A DNA stretch of 64,000 nucleotides from Verrucomicrobia bacterium UBA2281 (GCA_002347655.1 DDWR01000024.1:59685-123684), one strand, 5' to 3'. Shown: positions 12,578-22,131, counted from the stretch's first letter. The notes: generated by a model from the letters alone, not told the origin. Translations and numbers: made by a program.

Positions 12578-13762
12578 TTGGGAGCATGGTATCGTGGGGG
12601 CGTGAGGAAACGAGGGATCATCGGGCTGGGAATGGCGTTGTTGTGGGGATTGCCGCTGGCCGGGGGCGCGGCATGCGGCTTTGATGCCCGGTTCTTCCGA
12701 TTCCCGCCGCTGGTGACGCATCCGCCCATCCACGCGCCTTTTTCCTGGCCGGTGTTCGCCGTTTTCGCGGTGATCGGCCTTCTCGCCGCCGCCATCCTGA
12801 TCGTCGGCTTCAAGCCCCCGCGCCTTTGCGGCACGGATGGATCGGTTTCATCCGCTCCGCCGCCGCCGCCCAAGGGCCCCTTCCCCCGCCACGGCCGCCT
12901 TGGCCTCGGCCTGCTCCTCGTCGCCTGGTTTCTCGCCTGGAGCCGCCTCGATCTGCCCGGCCCCGCCGAACAACACACCTTTTTTCCGCTCTGGCTCGGA
13001 TTCATCTTTTTCCTCGACGGACTCACCTACCGCCGCGCGGGACGCTCGCTCTTCGCGAACCGCCGCTCAACCTTCCTCCTGATGTTCCCCGTCTCCGCCC
13101 TCTCGTGGTGGTATTTCGAGTTCCTCAACCGCTTCGTCCGGAACTGGTGGTATCCCGACCGCCTGGATTTCGGCCCCGTCCATTACTTGGTCTACTCCTC
13201 GCTCTGCTTTTCCACCGTCCTCCCGGCCATCTTCGAAATCCGCGAACTGCTCATGACTGTCCCCGCCCTGCGCCGCCGCTGGTCCCACGGCCCGCGCGTC
13301 CGCCTGCCGCGCGCCGGCGCGATATTTTTCATTCTGGGCGCCGCGCTGCTGCCGCTGATTCCGCTTTTCCCCGATCCGCTCTTTTTCGCCGTCTGGCTCG
13401 CGCCTCTCGCCCTCCTCGCCGGCGCCCTTGGCCTCGCCGGCGCGAAATCGCCCTTCGCTCCCATCCGCGCCGGCAACTGGACACCCATCCTGACCCTCGC
13501 CCTCGCCGCGCTGGTCTGCGGCTTCTTCTGGGAGCTGTGGAACGCCTTCAGCTCCCCGCGCTGGGCCTACGCCGTGCCCTACGTCGGCCGCTTCCGCGTC
13601 TTCGCCATGCCCGCCGTCGGCTACGCCGGCTACCTGCCCTTCGGCCCCGTCTGCGCCTGCTTCTGGCTGGCCTGGACCGGCCTGCTCCGCAGGCGGGGGT
13701 CAGGGGCCAGGGTTCAGGATTCAGCCGGATCGGATCTTCTTTTCCTGAACCCCGAACCCTGA
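12578..13762 (+). CDS. hypothetical polytopic membrane protein
   Basis: 394-aa ORF with about 8 hydrophobic segments; no family recognised by eye. The C-terminal about 20 codons are read through the GGGTTCAG REP element, so the true stop or start is uncertain. Confidence 0.5.
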   Translation: MGAWYRGGVRKRGIIGLGMALLWGLPLAGGAACGFDARFFRFPPLVTHPPIHAPFSWPVFAVFAVIGLLAAAILIVGFKPPRLCGTDGSVSSAPPPPPKGPFPRHGRLGLGLLLVAWFLAWSRLDLPGPAEQHTFFPLWLGFIFFLDGLTYRRAGRSLFANRRSTFLLMFPVSALSWWYFEFLNRFVRNWWYPDRLDFGPVHYLVYSSLCFSTVLPAIFEIRELLMTVPALRRRWSHGPRVRLPRAGAIFFILGAALLPLIPLFPDPLFFAVWLAPLALLAGALGLAGAKSPFAPIRAGNWTPILTLALAALVCGFFWELWNAFSSPRWAYAVPYVGRFRVFAMPAVGYAGYLPFGPVCACFWLAWTGLLRRRGSGARVQDSAGSDLLFLNPEP

Positions 13763-13790
13763 CCCCTGTTTCTGAACCCTCTTCCGCTTG
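13697..13790. repeat. REP-like inverted repeat of GGGTTCAG/CTGAACCC units
   Basis: cagggttcaggattcag ... ctgaaccccgaaccctgaccc forms a long hairpin. The same unit family recurs at 29821-29853, 30296-30340 and 31211-31319. Confidence 0.5.
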
Positions 13791-13825
13791 CCCCTCCCCG
13801 CCCAATCGGCTAGGGTTCGGCCACC

Positions 13826-14767
13826 ATGAACAGCACCCCCCACGTCCTCGTCACCGGCGGCGCCGGCTACCTCGGCTCCATCCTCGTGCCCACCCTGCTC
13901 GCCCGCGGCTGTGCCGTCACCGTCGTCGACAACTTCCTCTACGGCCAGACCTCCCTCCTCGACTGCTGCGCCTACGAGAACTTCACCATCGTCCGCGGCG
14001 ACGTCCGCGACGAACGCCTCATGCTGCCGCTGCTGAAGAAGGCCGACGTGATCATGCCGCTGGCCTGCCTCGTCGGCGCGCCCCTCTGCGCCCAGAAACC
14101 CATCGAGGCCCGTTCCATCAACCTCGACGCCATCCTCATGCTGCTCAAGAACGCCTCGAAGGCCCAGCGCTTCATCTCCCCCACGACCAACTCCGGCTAC
14201 GGGGTCGGCCAGACCGGCGTCTTCTGCACCGAAGAAACGCCCATGAACCCCATCTCCCTCTACGGCGTCCTCAAGGTCGAGCTCGAACAGGCCCTGCTCG
14301 CCGCCGGCGCCGTCTCCCTGCGCCTCGCCACCGTCTGCGGCGTCAGCCCCCGCATGCGCCTCGACCTGCTCGTCAACGACTTCACCTACCGCGCCGTCGT
14401 CGACCGCTTCGTCGTCCTCTTCGAAGCCCACTTCAAGCGCAACTACGTCCACGTCCGCGACGTCGCCCGCGCCTTCTGCCACGCGCTGGACCACTTCGAC
14501 GCCATGCAGGGCCAGCCCTACAACGTCGGCCTCTCCGACGCCAACCTCTCCAAGATGGAGCTCTGCCAGGAAATCCAGAAGCAGATCCCCGACTTCACGA
14601 TCATGGAAGCCCCGATCGGCAAGGACCCCGACCAGCGCAACTACGTCGTCAGCAACGCCAAGATCGAAGCCACCGGCTACCAGCCCCAGGTTTCCATCCA
14701 GCGCGCCATCGCCGAGCTCATCAAGGGCTACCAAGTCGTTCGCCGCAACCAGCACGCCAACGTCTAG
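13826..14767 (+). CDS. NAD-dependent epimerase/dehydratase (extended SDR family)
   Basis: N-terminal Rossmann motif VLVTGGAGYLGS, catalytic YGVLK (YxxxK); 313 aa. Confidence 0.85.
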   Translation: MNSTPHVLVTGGAGYLGSILVPTLLARGCAVTVVDNFLYGQTSLLDCCAYENFTIVRGDVRDERLMLPLLKKADVIMPLACLVGAPLCAQKPIEARSINLDAILMLLKNASKAQRFISPTTNSGYGVGQTGVFCTEETPMNPISLYGVLKVELEQALLAAGAVSLRLATVCGVSPRMRLDLLVNDFTYRAVVDRFVVLFEAHFKRNYVHVRDVARAFCHALDHFDAMQGQPYNVGLSDANLSKMELCQEIQKQIPDFTIMEAPIGKDPDQRNYVVSNAKIEATGYQPQVSIQRAIAELIKGYQVVRRNQHANV

Positions 14768-14805
14768 CCGCGCGGAGACCGCGGCATGGCCCCCCATTCC
14801 AAAGT

Positions 14806-14855
14806 TTTTACGTTCTACGTAAAACTCCGCGAAAGTTTTTACGTTCTACGTAAAA
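14806..14855. promoter_or_regulatory. two tandem copies of the 19-bp palindrome TTTTACGT-TCT-ACGTAAAA (candidate operator)
   Basis: Perfect 8-3-8 palindromes at 14806-14824 and 14837-14855, AT-rich in a high-GC genome. The same palindrome pair occurs at 59431-59470 in the opposite orientation. Confidence 0.5.
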
Positions 14856-14870
14856 CTTTCGCCCCAGACC

Positions 14871-14891
14871 CCCACGGGCTTGCCCCGTGGG
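14871..14891. repeat. REP-like hairpin CCCACGGG-CTTGC-CCCGTGGG
   Basis: Same hairpin family as 23150-23225 and 26615-26720. Confidence 0.45.
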
Positions 14892-17374
14892 TGAATCAGG
14901 TCCGTTTTCCCGCGGGACCGGCCTCCTTCACCCGCGACGCAAGGCCGCGGGGGTCGCCGCCAAGGGGTCAGTCCCGTAATCTAGTAATTTTTGGGGCCCT
15001 TGCCTGGCTGCTCGCCGCGCCCCTCGCCGCCACCGCCGCGCGCCTGGTCGAGAATTTCGCCCCCGGCACGGCCGGCGCGTGGAAGCCCTACCTGAAATCG
15101 CCCGCCGTGGTGGCCACGGCCGACGGTCTGGCCTTTCCCGCGCCGTTTGCGCAGGCCGTCGACCGCGCCGCGTGGGACAAGGCGGTCAACTTCGACCTCT
15201 CCGCCGCCGTCGCCTTCGAACTGGACGTCGCCTGTCCCGCGCCCGACGCCGTGCGCGCGCTGGGGCTGTACTTCAAGAGCGGCGCGGGCTGGTATGTCGC
15301 CAACAAACCCCTCGCCGGCCCCACGCTCCACACCCTCGTTTTCAACAAGAGCGACTTCACGACCGAAGGCCAGCCCGCCGGCTGGAACCGCATCGACGGC
15401 ATCCGCCTCTCTCCGTGGAAAGGCGCCCGCGCCGCGGACGTCGCGCTGGTCTTTCGCCGCCTCGCCACGGTCGAAGGCTCGGCGCTCGTCGTCGTGCGCG
15501 GCACGACGTCGTGCCCCGACGCCGGCGCCCGCACCGTCGCCGAAAAAACCGCCGCGCGCGTCAGCGGCCTGCTGATCGAAGCCGGCCTCGGCCATGCCCT
15601 CGTGACCGACGACGATCTGCCCAAGGGCGCGCTGAAAGACGCCCGCGTGGCGCTGCTGCCCTACAATCCCAATCCCACGCCGGCGCAGCTCAAGGCGCTG
15701 ACCGATTTCGTCGCCCGCGGCGGCAAGCTGGGCGTCTTCTACGGTTCGTCGCCCGCGCTGGCCGCCGCCTTGGGCTTCCGGCTCGGGCCCTACGTCAAGT
15801 CCGACCGCCCCGGCCGCTGGCGGTCCATCGTGTTCGCCGATCCCATGGGCGGATTGGTGCCGCCGCGCATCTGGCAGGATTCATCCAACCTCATGCCCGC
15901 GTTCCCCGCCGGCCCCGGCGCGCAGGTCGTCGCCTATTGGCACGACGCCCGCGACGTCCGCCAGCCCGAGCCCGCCCTCGTCGCCTCGCCGCGCGGCTTC
16001 TGGATGTCGCATATCCTGCAAAGCGACGATCAGCCCTCGAAGAAAGAACTCCTTGTGGCCTTGTGCGCGCGGCTCGATCCCGCGCTCTGGACGCCGGCCG
16101 CCCTCCGCGCCATGCAGGATGCCGGCCGCATCAACGACTACGCCGGGATCGCCAGCGCGCTGGCGGGCATCGCCCGCCAGTTGCCGCTCGCCGCGCGGCC
16201 CGGCGACGTCCGCGCCCTGCTTGACCAGGCCGCCGTGCTCTCCGCGCAGATCCAGACCGCCCTCGCCGGCGGCCAACCCCAGAAGGCCCTGTTGCTGGCC
16301 CGACGCCAGCGCCAGCTCCTGCTGCGCGCCGACGCCGCCGTCCAGCCGCCCCGGCCCGGCGAATTCGTCGGCGTGTGGGACCACGACGGTACCGGGTTCG
16401 TCCCCGGCGACTGGAATTTCACCGCGAATCTGCTCGCGGCCAACGGCGTCACCGCCATCTTCCCCAACGTCGTCTGGGGCGGCTGCGCGCACTATCCCTC
16501 CAAGTTCCTGCCCGCCTCCGCCACCCTGCGGCTCTACGGCGACCAGATCGCCGCCGGCCTCGCCGCCGCCAAGGCCAAGGGCCTCGAGTACCACGTCTGG
16601 ATGGTGCTGGGCAAACTCGACGGCGCGCCGCCCGAGTTCGTCGAGCGCATGAAGAAGGAAGGCCGCCTGCAGGTCTCCGACGCCGGCGTCGTGCGCCCGT
16701 GGCTGAGCCCCCACCACAACGCCAACCGCGCGCTGCTGCTCGCCGTCGTCGAGGAAATCGCGCGGAATTATCCGGGCATCGACGGCATCCACCTCGACTA
16801 CATCCGGCTGCCGGACTCGCTCAGCTGCTATTCCGCCTCCACCCGCGCGCGCTTCGAGTCCGACACCCGCAAGAAGTGCAAGGTCTGGCCCGCCGAGGTC
16901 AAGACCGGCGGCAAGCGCAACGCCGAGTTCCGCAAATGGCGCACCGCCGACGTCACCCGGCTCGTCGCCGACATCCGCGCCACGCTGCGCCGCGCGAATC
17001 CCCGCGCCAAGCTCTCCGCCGCGGTCTTCGGCATCGCCGCGCCCGACGGCGGCAACATCGCGCAATACTGGCCCGACTGGCTCAAGGCCGGCACCGTCGA
17101 TTTCCTGACGCCGATGAACTACACCGAGTCGTCCGCCGAATTCGCCCGCCTCGTGCGCACGCAGGTTGCCTATCCCGGCGCCGCCGGCCGCATTATCCCC
17201 GGCATCGGCGTCACGGCCGACGAATCGCGCCTCGATCCCGCGCAGGTCGTGCGCCAGATCGCGCTGCTGCGCCAAGCCGGCTGCCCCGGCTTCATGCTCT
17301 TCGACCTCTCCGGCACCCTCCGCGACGAAACCCTCCCCGCGCTGCGGCAGGGCATCACCCGGCCCCTTCCTTGA
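14891..17374 (+). CDS. secreted glycoside-hydrolase-like family 10 (GHL10/DUF187) protein with a large N-terminal extension
   Basis: C-terminal region carries the GHL10 signature (IDGIHLDYIRLPD...WPDWLKAGTVDFLTPMNY). A signal-peptide-like segment (LVIFGALAWLLAAPLAATAA) follows the first in-frame GTG at 14891. The track ORF start at 14786 lies inside the palindromic operator repeats and is unlikely to be real. Confidence 0.6.
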   Translation: MNQVRFPAGPASFTRDARPRGSPPRGQSRNLVIFGALAWLLAAPLAATAARLVENFAPGTAGAWKPYLKSPAVVATADGLAFPAPFAQAVDRAAWDKAVNFDLSAAVAFELDVACPAPDAVRALGLYFKSGAGWYVANKPLAGPTLHTLVFNKSDFTTEGQPAGWNRIDGIRLSPWKGARAADVALVFRRLATVEGSALVVVRGTTSCPDAGARTVAEKTAARVSGLLIEAGLGHALVTDDDLPKGALKDARVALLPYNPNPTPAQLKALTDFVARGGKLGVFYGSSPALAAALGFRLGPYVKSDRPGRWRSIVFADPMGGLVPPRIWQDSSNLMPAFPAGPGAQVVAYWHDARDVRQPEPALVASPRGFWMSHILQSDDQPSKKELLVALCARLDPALWTPAALRAMQDAGRINDYAGIASALAGIARQLPLAARPGDVRALLDQAAVLSAQIQTALAGGQPQKALLLARRQRQLLLRADAAVQPPRPGEFVGVWDHDGTGFVPGDWNFTANLLAANGVTAIFPNVVWGGCAHYPSKFLPASATLRLYGDQIAAGLAAAKAKGLEYHVWMVLGKLDGAPPEFVERMKKEGRLQVSDAGVVRPWLSPHHNANRALLLAVVEEIARNYPGIDGIHLDYIRLPDSLSCYSASTRARFESDTRKKCKVWPAEVKTGGKRNAEFRKWRTADVTRLVADIRATLRRANPRAKLSAAVFGIAAPDGGNIAQYWPDWLKAGTVDFLTPMNYTESSAEFARLVRTQVAYPGAAGRIIPGIGVTADESRLDPAQVVRQIALLRQAGCPGFMLFDLSGTLRDETLPALRQGITRPLP

Positions 17375-17379
17375 ACGTT

Positions 17380-17470
17380 GGTTATTGGGCGTTGGATATT
17401 GGTCATTGAAGCCCGACGGCTTTCGATCTCAATTTCCAATAACCCATATTCAATATCCAATCATCAAGTG
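17380..17470. repeat. MITE-like AT-rich inverted-repeat element, copy A
   Basis: ggttattgggcgttggatattggtcattgaagcc ... aatttccaataacccatattcaatatccaatcatcaagtgaac; arms contain TTGGATATTGG / CCAATATCCAA and a cttgaac/ttcaagtgaac terminus. Confidence 0.55.
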
Positions 17471-17562
17471 AACCGCCCTCTCGACAAATGTTAAATTATC
17501 ATTTGCCGCCATTCCCGGCTTGATTTTCAATCAATTCTATACATGATGCATGGCGTGATTTT

Positions 17563-17604
17563 CAGACGCCAGACGCCAGACGCCAGACGCCAGACGCCAG
17601 ACGC
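17563..17604. repeat. heptanucleotide microsatellite (CAGACGC)x6
   Basis: Six perfect tandem 7-bp units ending about 25 nt upstream of the ATG at 17629. Confidence 0.8.
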
Positions 17605-17747
17605 TTCGGCGCTGGTGGATTCCTGCTGATGCCAAGCATCTGACGGTTATCCTGTTTCTGCTGGCAAAACCGTTCTCCGCCAGCGCCGATGAAGTCACCG
17701 TTGCGTTTTCCCCGCGCGGCGAGGCGCTCAATCTGGTCCTGAACGAG

Positions 17748-19448
17748 TTGCGCGCCGCCACCGGTCGCGTGGATCTCGCCCAGTTCTACGTCACCCACCC
17801 CGACTTGATCGATGCGCTGTGTGCATTGCCGGCCAAAGGCATCCAAGTGCGCCTGCTGACGGACGTCACCATGGGCGAGGCGGCCCAGCAACCCACTTTG
17901 GACAAGCTGACTCGCCACGGCGTGCTGCTCTACTTGATCGAACCGCCCAAGCGCGGCAAGATGCACATGAAGTGCCTCGTGGTGGACGCCAAAACCGTCG
18001 TCGCAGGCACCGCCAACTGGACCCAGCAGGCTTTCGATCTGAATTTCGAGGACACCCTCAAAATCGCCTCGCCCGCGCTGGCTGCGGTCTATTTGGCCAA
18101 GATGGATGAATTGACGTCCTCCGACATGGCCTCCGAAGTCCATGGCTCCGGCGCGAAGCCCGCGCGCCTGAATTTCCCCCTTCCCAAGCCACCGGTCGTT
18201 CGTACGCCTCCCGGCCGGGTGAACGCACCCGGGGGCCGAAAATTCACGGTGCCGGCTCCCGAGAGCTTTTTCCTGCCCAATCCCGAACCGTTCGACCGCT
18301 TGGCCGCGCAAATCCGTTCCGCCACCAGCCGCATCGACGTCGCCATCTTCCTCTTGAACGAGGACCGGATCGTTTCCGCTTTGACCGAACGCGCCAAAGC
18401 CCGAGGTTGCGCCATCCGGATTCTGGCCGACGTCGGCATGCTGGGCTCGGGCAATCTGGAAGTCCTCCAAAACCTGGCGACCGCCGGCGTCGAAATCCGC
18501 ACGTTCGGTTCGGACCGCGAAAACCTGCATATGAAAACCGGCGTCATCGACGGCCATTTCTTCTGGACGGGTTCCGCCAACTGGACCAAAGGGGCCATGT
18601 CCTTGAACGTGGAAGATATGCTCTGTTTCGATGCTCCCGAACTGGCCGCCTGGTACGGCAAATGGATGGATGGATTCGCCAAAGTCTGCCAGCCGTTTGC
18701 TCCGCTTCAGGCGCAAACGGCGTCCAACGCGACCCATCCGGCGCCCGCCGGAAAATGGCCGGTCGGCCTTCCGTCCACGGCACCCCGCGCCGATTGGGAT
18801 CATCTGGTGGAACACGTGGATTTTCCGCCGTTGGAAACCAACGCCTGGACCGCCTACCTGCCGGACGAGGCCTATGCTCCCGTGCTGCTCGACCTGATCC
18901 GCAAAGCCCACCAAACCATCTTGATCGCTATGTACAAGGTCGCCGAATCGGGCGAAAAAGCCGCGGCGGGTTTCCATGGGCAAATAGTCTCCGAACTGGA
19001 AAAAGCCGCCGCCCGAGGCGTATATGTGAGCCTTTTGCTCCACGTGCCCGTGTCGCCGCAAGACGCCCTGTACGACGCCCATTCCCATTGGGCCGAGCGT
19101 TTGCGCGCCAAAGGCATCGACGTCCGCCTGAGCCTCCCCACCCTGCCCATGCACGAGAAATTCGTGTCGGTGGACCTGTGCAAGGTCCTTGTCGGTTCGC
19201 ACAACTGGTCGGAAGGCGCCCTCGATGGCTCCCGCGTCTACGAGTCCAGCGCCCTCGTCGTCTACCCGCAGCAGCAAAAATGGCTGGCCGACTACTTCTT
19301 CAGCCGCCCCTCGGTCAGCGACATGTCCAGCCGCGAGGCCTGGGAACGCGAACTCACCCTCATCCGCCATGCCAAGAACATGGATGATAATCTTGAAAAA
19401 TACCAATTCCTCGAATCGCTCGGCGTGGAAACGGAGGCCACCCCGTGA
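17748..19448 (+). CDS. phospholipase D-family protein with three HKD motifs (probably secreted; true start likely the ATG near 17629)
   Basis: HKD motifs HMKCLVVDAKTVVAGTANWT, HMKTGVIDGHFFWTGSANWT and HEKFVSVDLCKVLVGSHNWS. An upstream ATG at ~17629 plus a signal peptide (ILTVILFLLAKPFSASA|DEV) is in frame in my reading of the displayed bases. The track instead starts at TTG 17748 and shows the ATG frame as MPSI*, a 1-nt discrepancy near 17640. Confidence 0.75.
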   Translation: MRAATGRVDLAQFYVTHPDLIDALCALPAKGIQVRLLTDVTMGEAAQQPTLDKLTRHGVLLYLIEPPKRGKMHMKCLVVDAKTVVAGTANWTQQAFDLNFEDTLKIASPALAAVYLAKMDELTSSDMASEVHGSGAKPARLNFPLPKPPVVRTPPGRVNAPGGRKFTVPAPESFFLPNPEPFDRLAAQIRSATSRIDVAIFLLNEDRIVSALTERAKARGCAIRILADVGMLGSGNLEVLQNLATAGVEIRTFGSDRENLHMKTGVIDGHFFWTGSANWTKGAMSLNVEDMLCFDAPELAAWYGKWMDGFAKVCQPFAPLQAQTASNATHPAPAGKWPVGLPSTAPRADWDHLVEHVDFPPLETNAWTAYLPDEAYAPVLLDLIRKAHQTILIAMYKVAESGEKAAAGFHGQIVSELEKAAARGVYVSLLLHVPVSPQDALYDAHSHWAERLRAKGIDVRLSLPTLPMHEKFVSVDLCKVLVGSHNWSEGALDGSRVYESSALVVYPQQQKWLADYFFSRPSVSDMSSREAWERELTLIRHAKNMDDNLEKYQFLESLGVETEATP

Positions 19449-19527
19449 GTACCGCCATGGCCCATGTTCGGAAAGGTAGGGCGGTCTCGCCGAGACCGCC
19501 GCGCTCCTCCGTGTCGTCCGGGCTGTT

Positions 19528-19600
19528 CGATCCAATTGGTCATTGGATATTGGGCGTTGGACATTGGATGTTGAGATTTCTCCAGCCTGTAGCCCGGCGC
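19528..19600. repeat. MITE-like element, copy B
   Basis: caattggtcattggatattgggcgttggacattggatgttgag; same TTGGATATTGG-containing unit as copy A, again immediately upstream of a PLD gene. Confidence 0.5.
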
Positions 19601-19675
19601 GTTGAGCCGGGCGGATTTCGATCCCACCGGGTCAACGCCCTGGCCTACAGCCGATCCCCATCCGTTCTGAGCACT

Positions 19676-20422
19676 TTGGGCGTGCTCCTTCTTCTATGCC
19701 CCGCCGTTCGAGCCGACGAAATTTCCCTCCGCGATGGCACCAGCCTGACCGGCCGGGTCCTCATGGTTCAATCCGGCGGCTACGTGTTCCAGGACGGCGC
19801 CCCCCGCGGAACGATGCAAAACATCCCCAAGGCCGCCGTTCGATATGCCCTCTACGACGATCCCGCGCAGGCCGACCGCGTCCTCGGAATCCGCAGTGCG
19901 CTGCGTCACGCCGAAGGGGAGGCCAGTTTTGTCCGCCTCCTCCCCACCCGCCCTTTCGGCCAAGCCATCCTCGAAGCCGTCCAAAACGCGCATGCCTCCA
20001 TTTGGGTCAGCGCCTACTATATTTCCGGAAGCTCCACGAGCCCTATCAAGGATTTCTACGCCGCCCTGGCCGAGAAGGCACAACAAGGGCTCGACGTGGT
20101 CGTCGTCAGCGAATACGGCCCCGGCACCAGCGCCCGCGTGCGCGAAGCCACCTACAACTTCGCCCGCGAACTGGAGCAATCCGGCATCCGCGTCCTGTTC
20201 ATGAGCGGCTACCGCATCCTGCACAAGAAGATGATCCTGGTGGACAGCCAAATCGCCCTGCTCGGCAGCGCCAACCTCACCATGGCCGGCACCCTCCAAA
20301 GCGACGAAATGAACGTCGAGATCCGCCAACCCGCCTATGTAGCCAGAATGCGTAAGGATTTTGAAAAGATCATGGCGTCCGCCCTAACGGCGGATGCTGC
20401 CAATGCAAAGGAGATAAAGTGA
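19676..20422 (+). CDS. secreted single-HKD phospholipase D/Nuc-like protein
   Basis: HKD motif HKKMILVDSQIALLGSANLT. A likely TTG/GTG start at 19676/19682 gives the signal peptide MGVLLLLCPAVRA|DEI. The track ORF starts at 19445, but that N-terminus is read through the MITE. The stop overlaps the next gene's GTG (GTGA). Confidence 0.65.
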   Translation: MGVLLLLCPAVRADEISLRDGTSLTGRVLMVQSGGYVFQDGAPRGTMQNIPKAAVRYALYDDPAQADRVLGIRSALRHAEGEASFVRLLPTRPFGQAILEAVQNAHASIWVSAYYISGSSTSPIKDFYAALAEKAQQGLDVVVVSEYGPGTSARVREATYNFARELEQSGIRVLFMSGYRILHKKMILVDSQIALLGSANLTMAGTLQSDEMNVEIRQPAYVARMRKDFEKIMASALTADAANAKEIK

Positions 20423-21075
20423 AATACAGAAATCACACCGGCCTTTGGACCAGCTCAGTCTGGCTCGCGGGGCTATTGCTTATAGGGCTTGTTTTGCCTG
20501 CTCGGCCCGCCGGAAAATCCCCCGGAGATTGCAAGGTTGAGGAATGTCAAGAATGGGATGAATACGAACACGATTGCGTTGATATGCCAAAAAATTGTGT
20601 TATTTTGGCGTGGTTTGGAGAAGACCGCGATGATGGAGATTGCAATCAGGGAATCACCTACAACACCAGGGATGTCCCGATATGCGGGACAAAAACTAAA
20701 ACCATCAAATATCAAGAGCACAAAAGCTGGTGTAAAGGTCACTACGCCTATGAACACGATTCAAGGAATGTTATATATACATGGATAATTACAACATGCC
20801 GTCCCCGATATGTAGGCCCTTCAATCGCTGATGACATTAAAAATGCCGCAGGGCTAGCTGCTTCCTGCCTTGAGGTGCTGCTGCAATTAGTTGCAGCAAC
20901 CCAAGGGGCGGGCAACTATCCAGATGCGTCTAATGTCGCAAGTTGTCTTGAGAGTCTTGCCAATTATTATAATTATGATGTTTCTACTTACTACTCCGGT
21001 TGCGAGGTGGCTGACATCCAATGGCAGGGGGCGGTTTTTAAATGCACCTTGTTGGGCGAAGGATGCGGCGAGTAA
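20419..21075 (+). CDS. hypothetical Cys-rich secreted protein (low-GC insert)
   Basis: GTG start with AAGGAG RBS 7 nt upstream; N-terminal TM/signal (LWTSSVWLAGLLLIGLVLPA); 16 Cys in 218 aa; local GC about 45% against about 68% for the flanks. Confidence 0.6.
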   Translation: MKYRNHTGLWTSSVWLAGLLLIGLVLPARPAGKSPGDCKVEECQEWDEYEHDCVDMPKNCVILAWFGEDRDDGDCNQGITYNTRDVPICGTKTKTIKYQEHKSWCKGHYAYEHDSRNVIYTWIITTCRPRYVGPSIADDIKNAAGLAASCLEVLLQLVAATQGAGNYPDASNVASCLESLANYYNYDVSTYYSGCEVADIQWQGAVFKCTLLGEGCGE

Positions 21076-21098
21076 TGTTTTTTACGAGGGATATATAA

Positions 21099-22109
21099 AT
21101 GAATAGATTCGATAAGTTGATGATTTGTATTGGGATGGCCGGGGTTCTACTCCTGAAAGGGTTCGCATACGGACAAGCACCCTCCCGGCAGGAGTATGTC
21201 CAAGCACTATTCAACCCAATTGCATTTCCAGCACAACATGTTCTTCACATGGACATCCAGAAGGAAAAGGCGGTTCAAGTCGTCGCGGATGGCGCCCTAC
21301 TTAATGAGCGTATTCGCGAATGTTATGAGTCGAGCGAAAGAATTCGGAGCGAATTTTCAACTCTGGAGGCATATGCGGCCGAGGTGAGGACGACTCAGTC
21401 CAATCAATTCCAGAAAACCAGCCAACGCATCACGACCTCCACGCAGTGCCAGCATCTTCGGGAATACGGAACCGACGGCGATCATGTGTCCAAGGAGGTC
21501 ATTCAATACCGCGTTGACGGGCAAAACTGGCAGACGCTCCAGATCGACCACGACCGACTTACTGCCTCCTTGCAGAAAGGAGCGAAAGGCATTTTCACCG
21601 ATTATCGAGAGACGGGCATGTTTAATAGCATGGACCAGTTACTGCTGATTATATTTTTCCGAATCCTGCCGAACATGAGCCAAGACGCCGCGGTCGATGC
21701 GTTGTGTAGCGGCGAAACCCTGTCGGCAGGCACCAAGTCAATGAAGCTGGAATCCCGGGAGGATGCCGATCCAGCCCATCTTCTTTTGACCTATCAAGAC
21801 GCGGTGGAGTCTTCGTCTATCGAATTCCAACTGGACCCTAAGAAGATCGGCGTGCTGATAAGCAAGAAATCCGCAATGCCTCAAGCTACCTCCCTGTGGG
21901 CTTTCACCCGGGATGCAACAATTCAAAATATCAGCTCTGCCTATCCGCGAAAAACCGTATTTACAAGGTTAGATACTGCCGGTCGCCTGCAGGAAAGAGA
22001 ATCGGTTACTTTAGAAGATATTTCGGAGGCGGCAGATTGGAATGTCCGACAGCTTTGGGCCGATAAAATGGACGAAATTAAAGTTTATCAAGTGTCGGTG
22101 CAGCCGTAG
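21099..22109 (+). CDS. hypothetical secreted protein (low-GC insert)
   Basis: ATG with GAGGG RBS; N-terminal hydrophobic segment MICIGMAGVLLL; 336 aa; no recognisable family; AT-rich codon usage unlike the neighbours. Confidence 0.6.
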   Translation: MNRFDKLMICIGMAGVLLLKGFAYGQAPSRQEYVQALFNPIAFPAQHVLHMDIQKEKAVQVVADGALLNERIRECYESSERIRSEFSTLEAYAAEVRTTQSNQFQKTSQRITTSTQCQHLREYGTDGDHVSKEVIQYRVDGQNWQTLQIDHDRLTASLQKGAKGIFTDYRETGMFNSMDQLLLIIFFRILPNMSQDAAVDALCSGETLSAGTKSMKLESREDADPAHLLLTYQDAVESSSIEFQLDPKKIGVLISKKSAMPQATSLWAFTRDATIQNISSAYPRKTVFTRLDTAGRLQERESVTLEDISEAADWNVRQLWADKMDEIKVYQVSVQP

Positions 22110-22131
22110 TTTGTCCTGATAATTGTCTATG

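Noticed and set aside
10605-14853. Track ORFs 10605..12557(+), 10687..12402(-), 12826..14853(+), 13721..14797(-)
   Set aside because: Overlapping out-of-frame or antisense ORFs of the fadD-like, membrane-protein and epimerase genes. Pro/Arg-rich junk with no motifs.
17563-17604. Tandem repeats considered as a possible CRISPR array
   Set aside because: A 7-bp microsatellite with no spacers. No CRISPR-like repeat-spacer architecture exists anywhere in the window.
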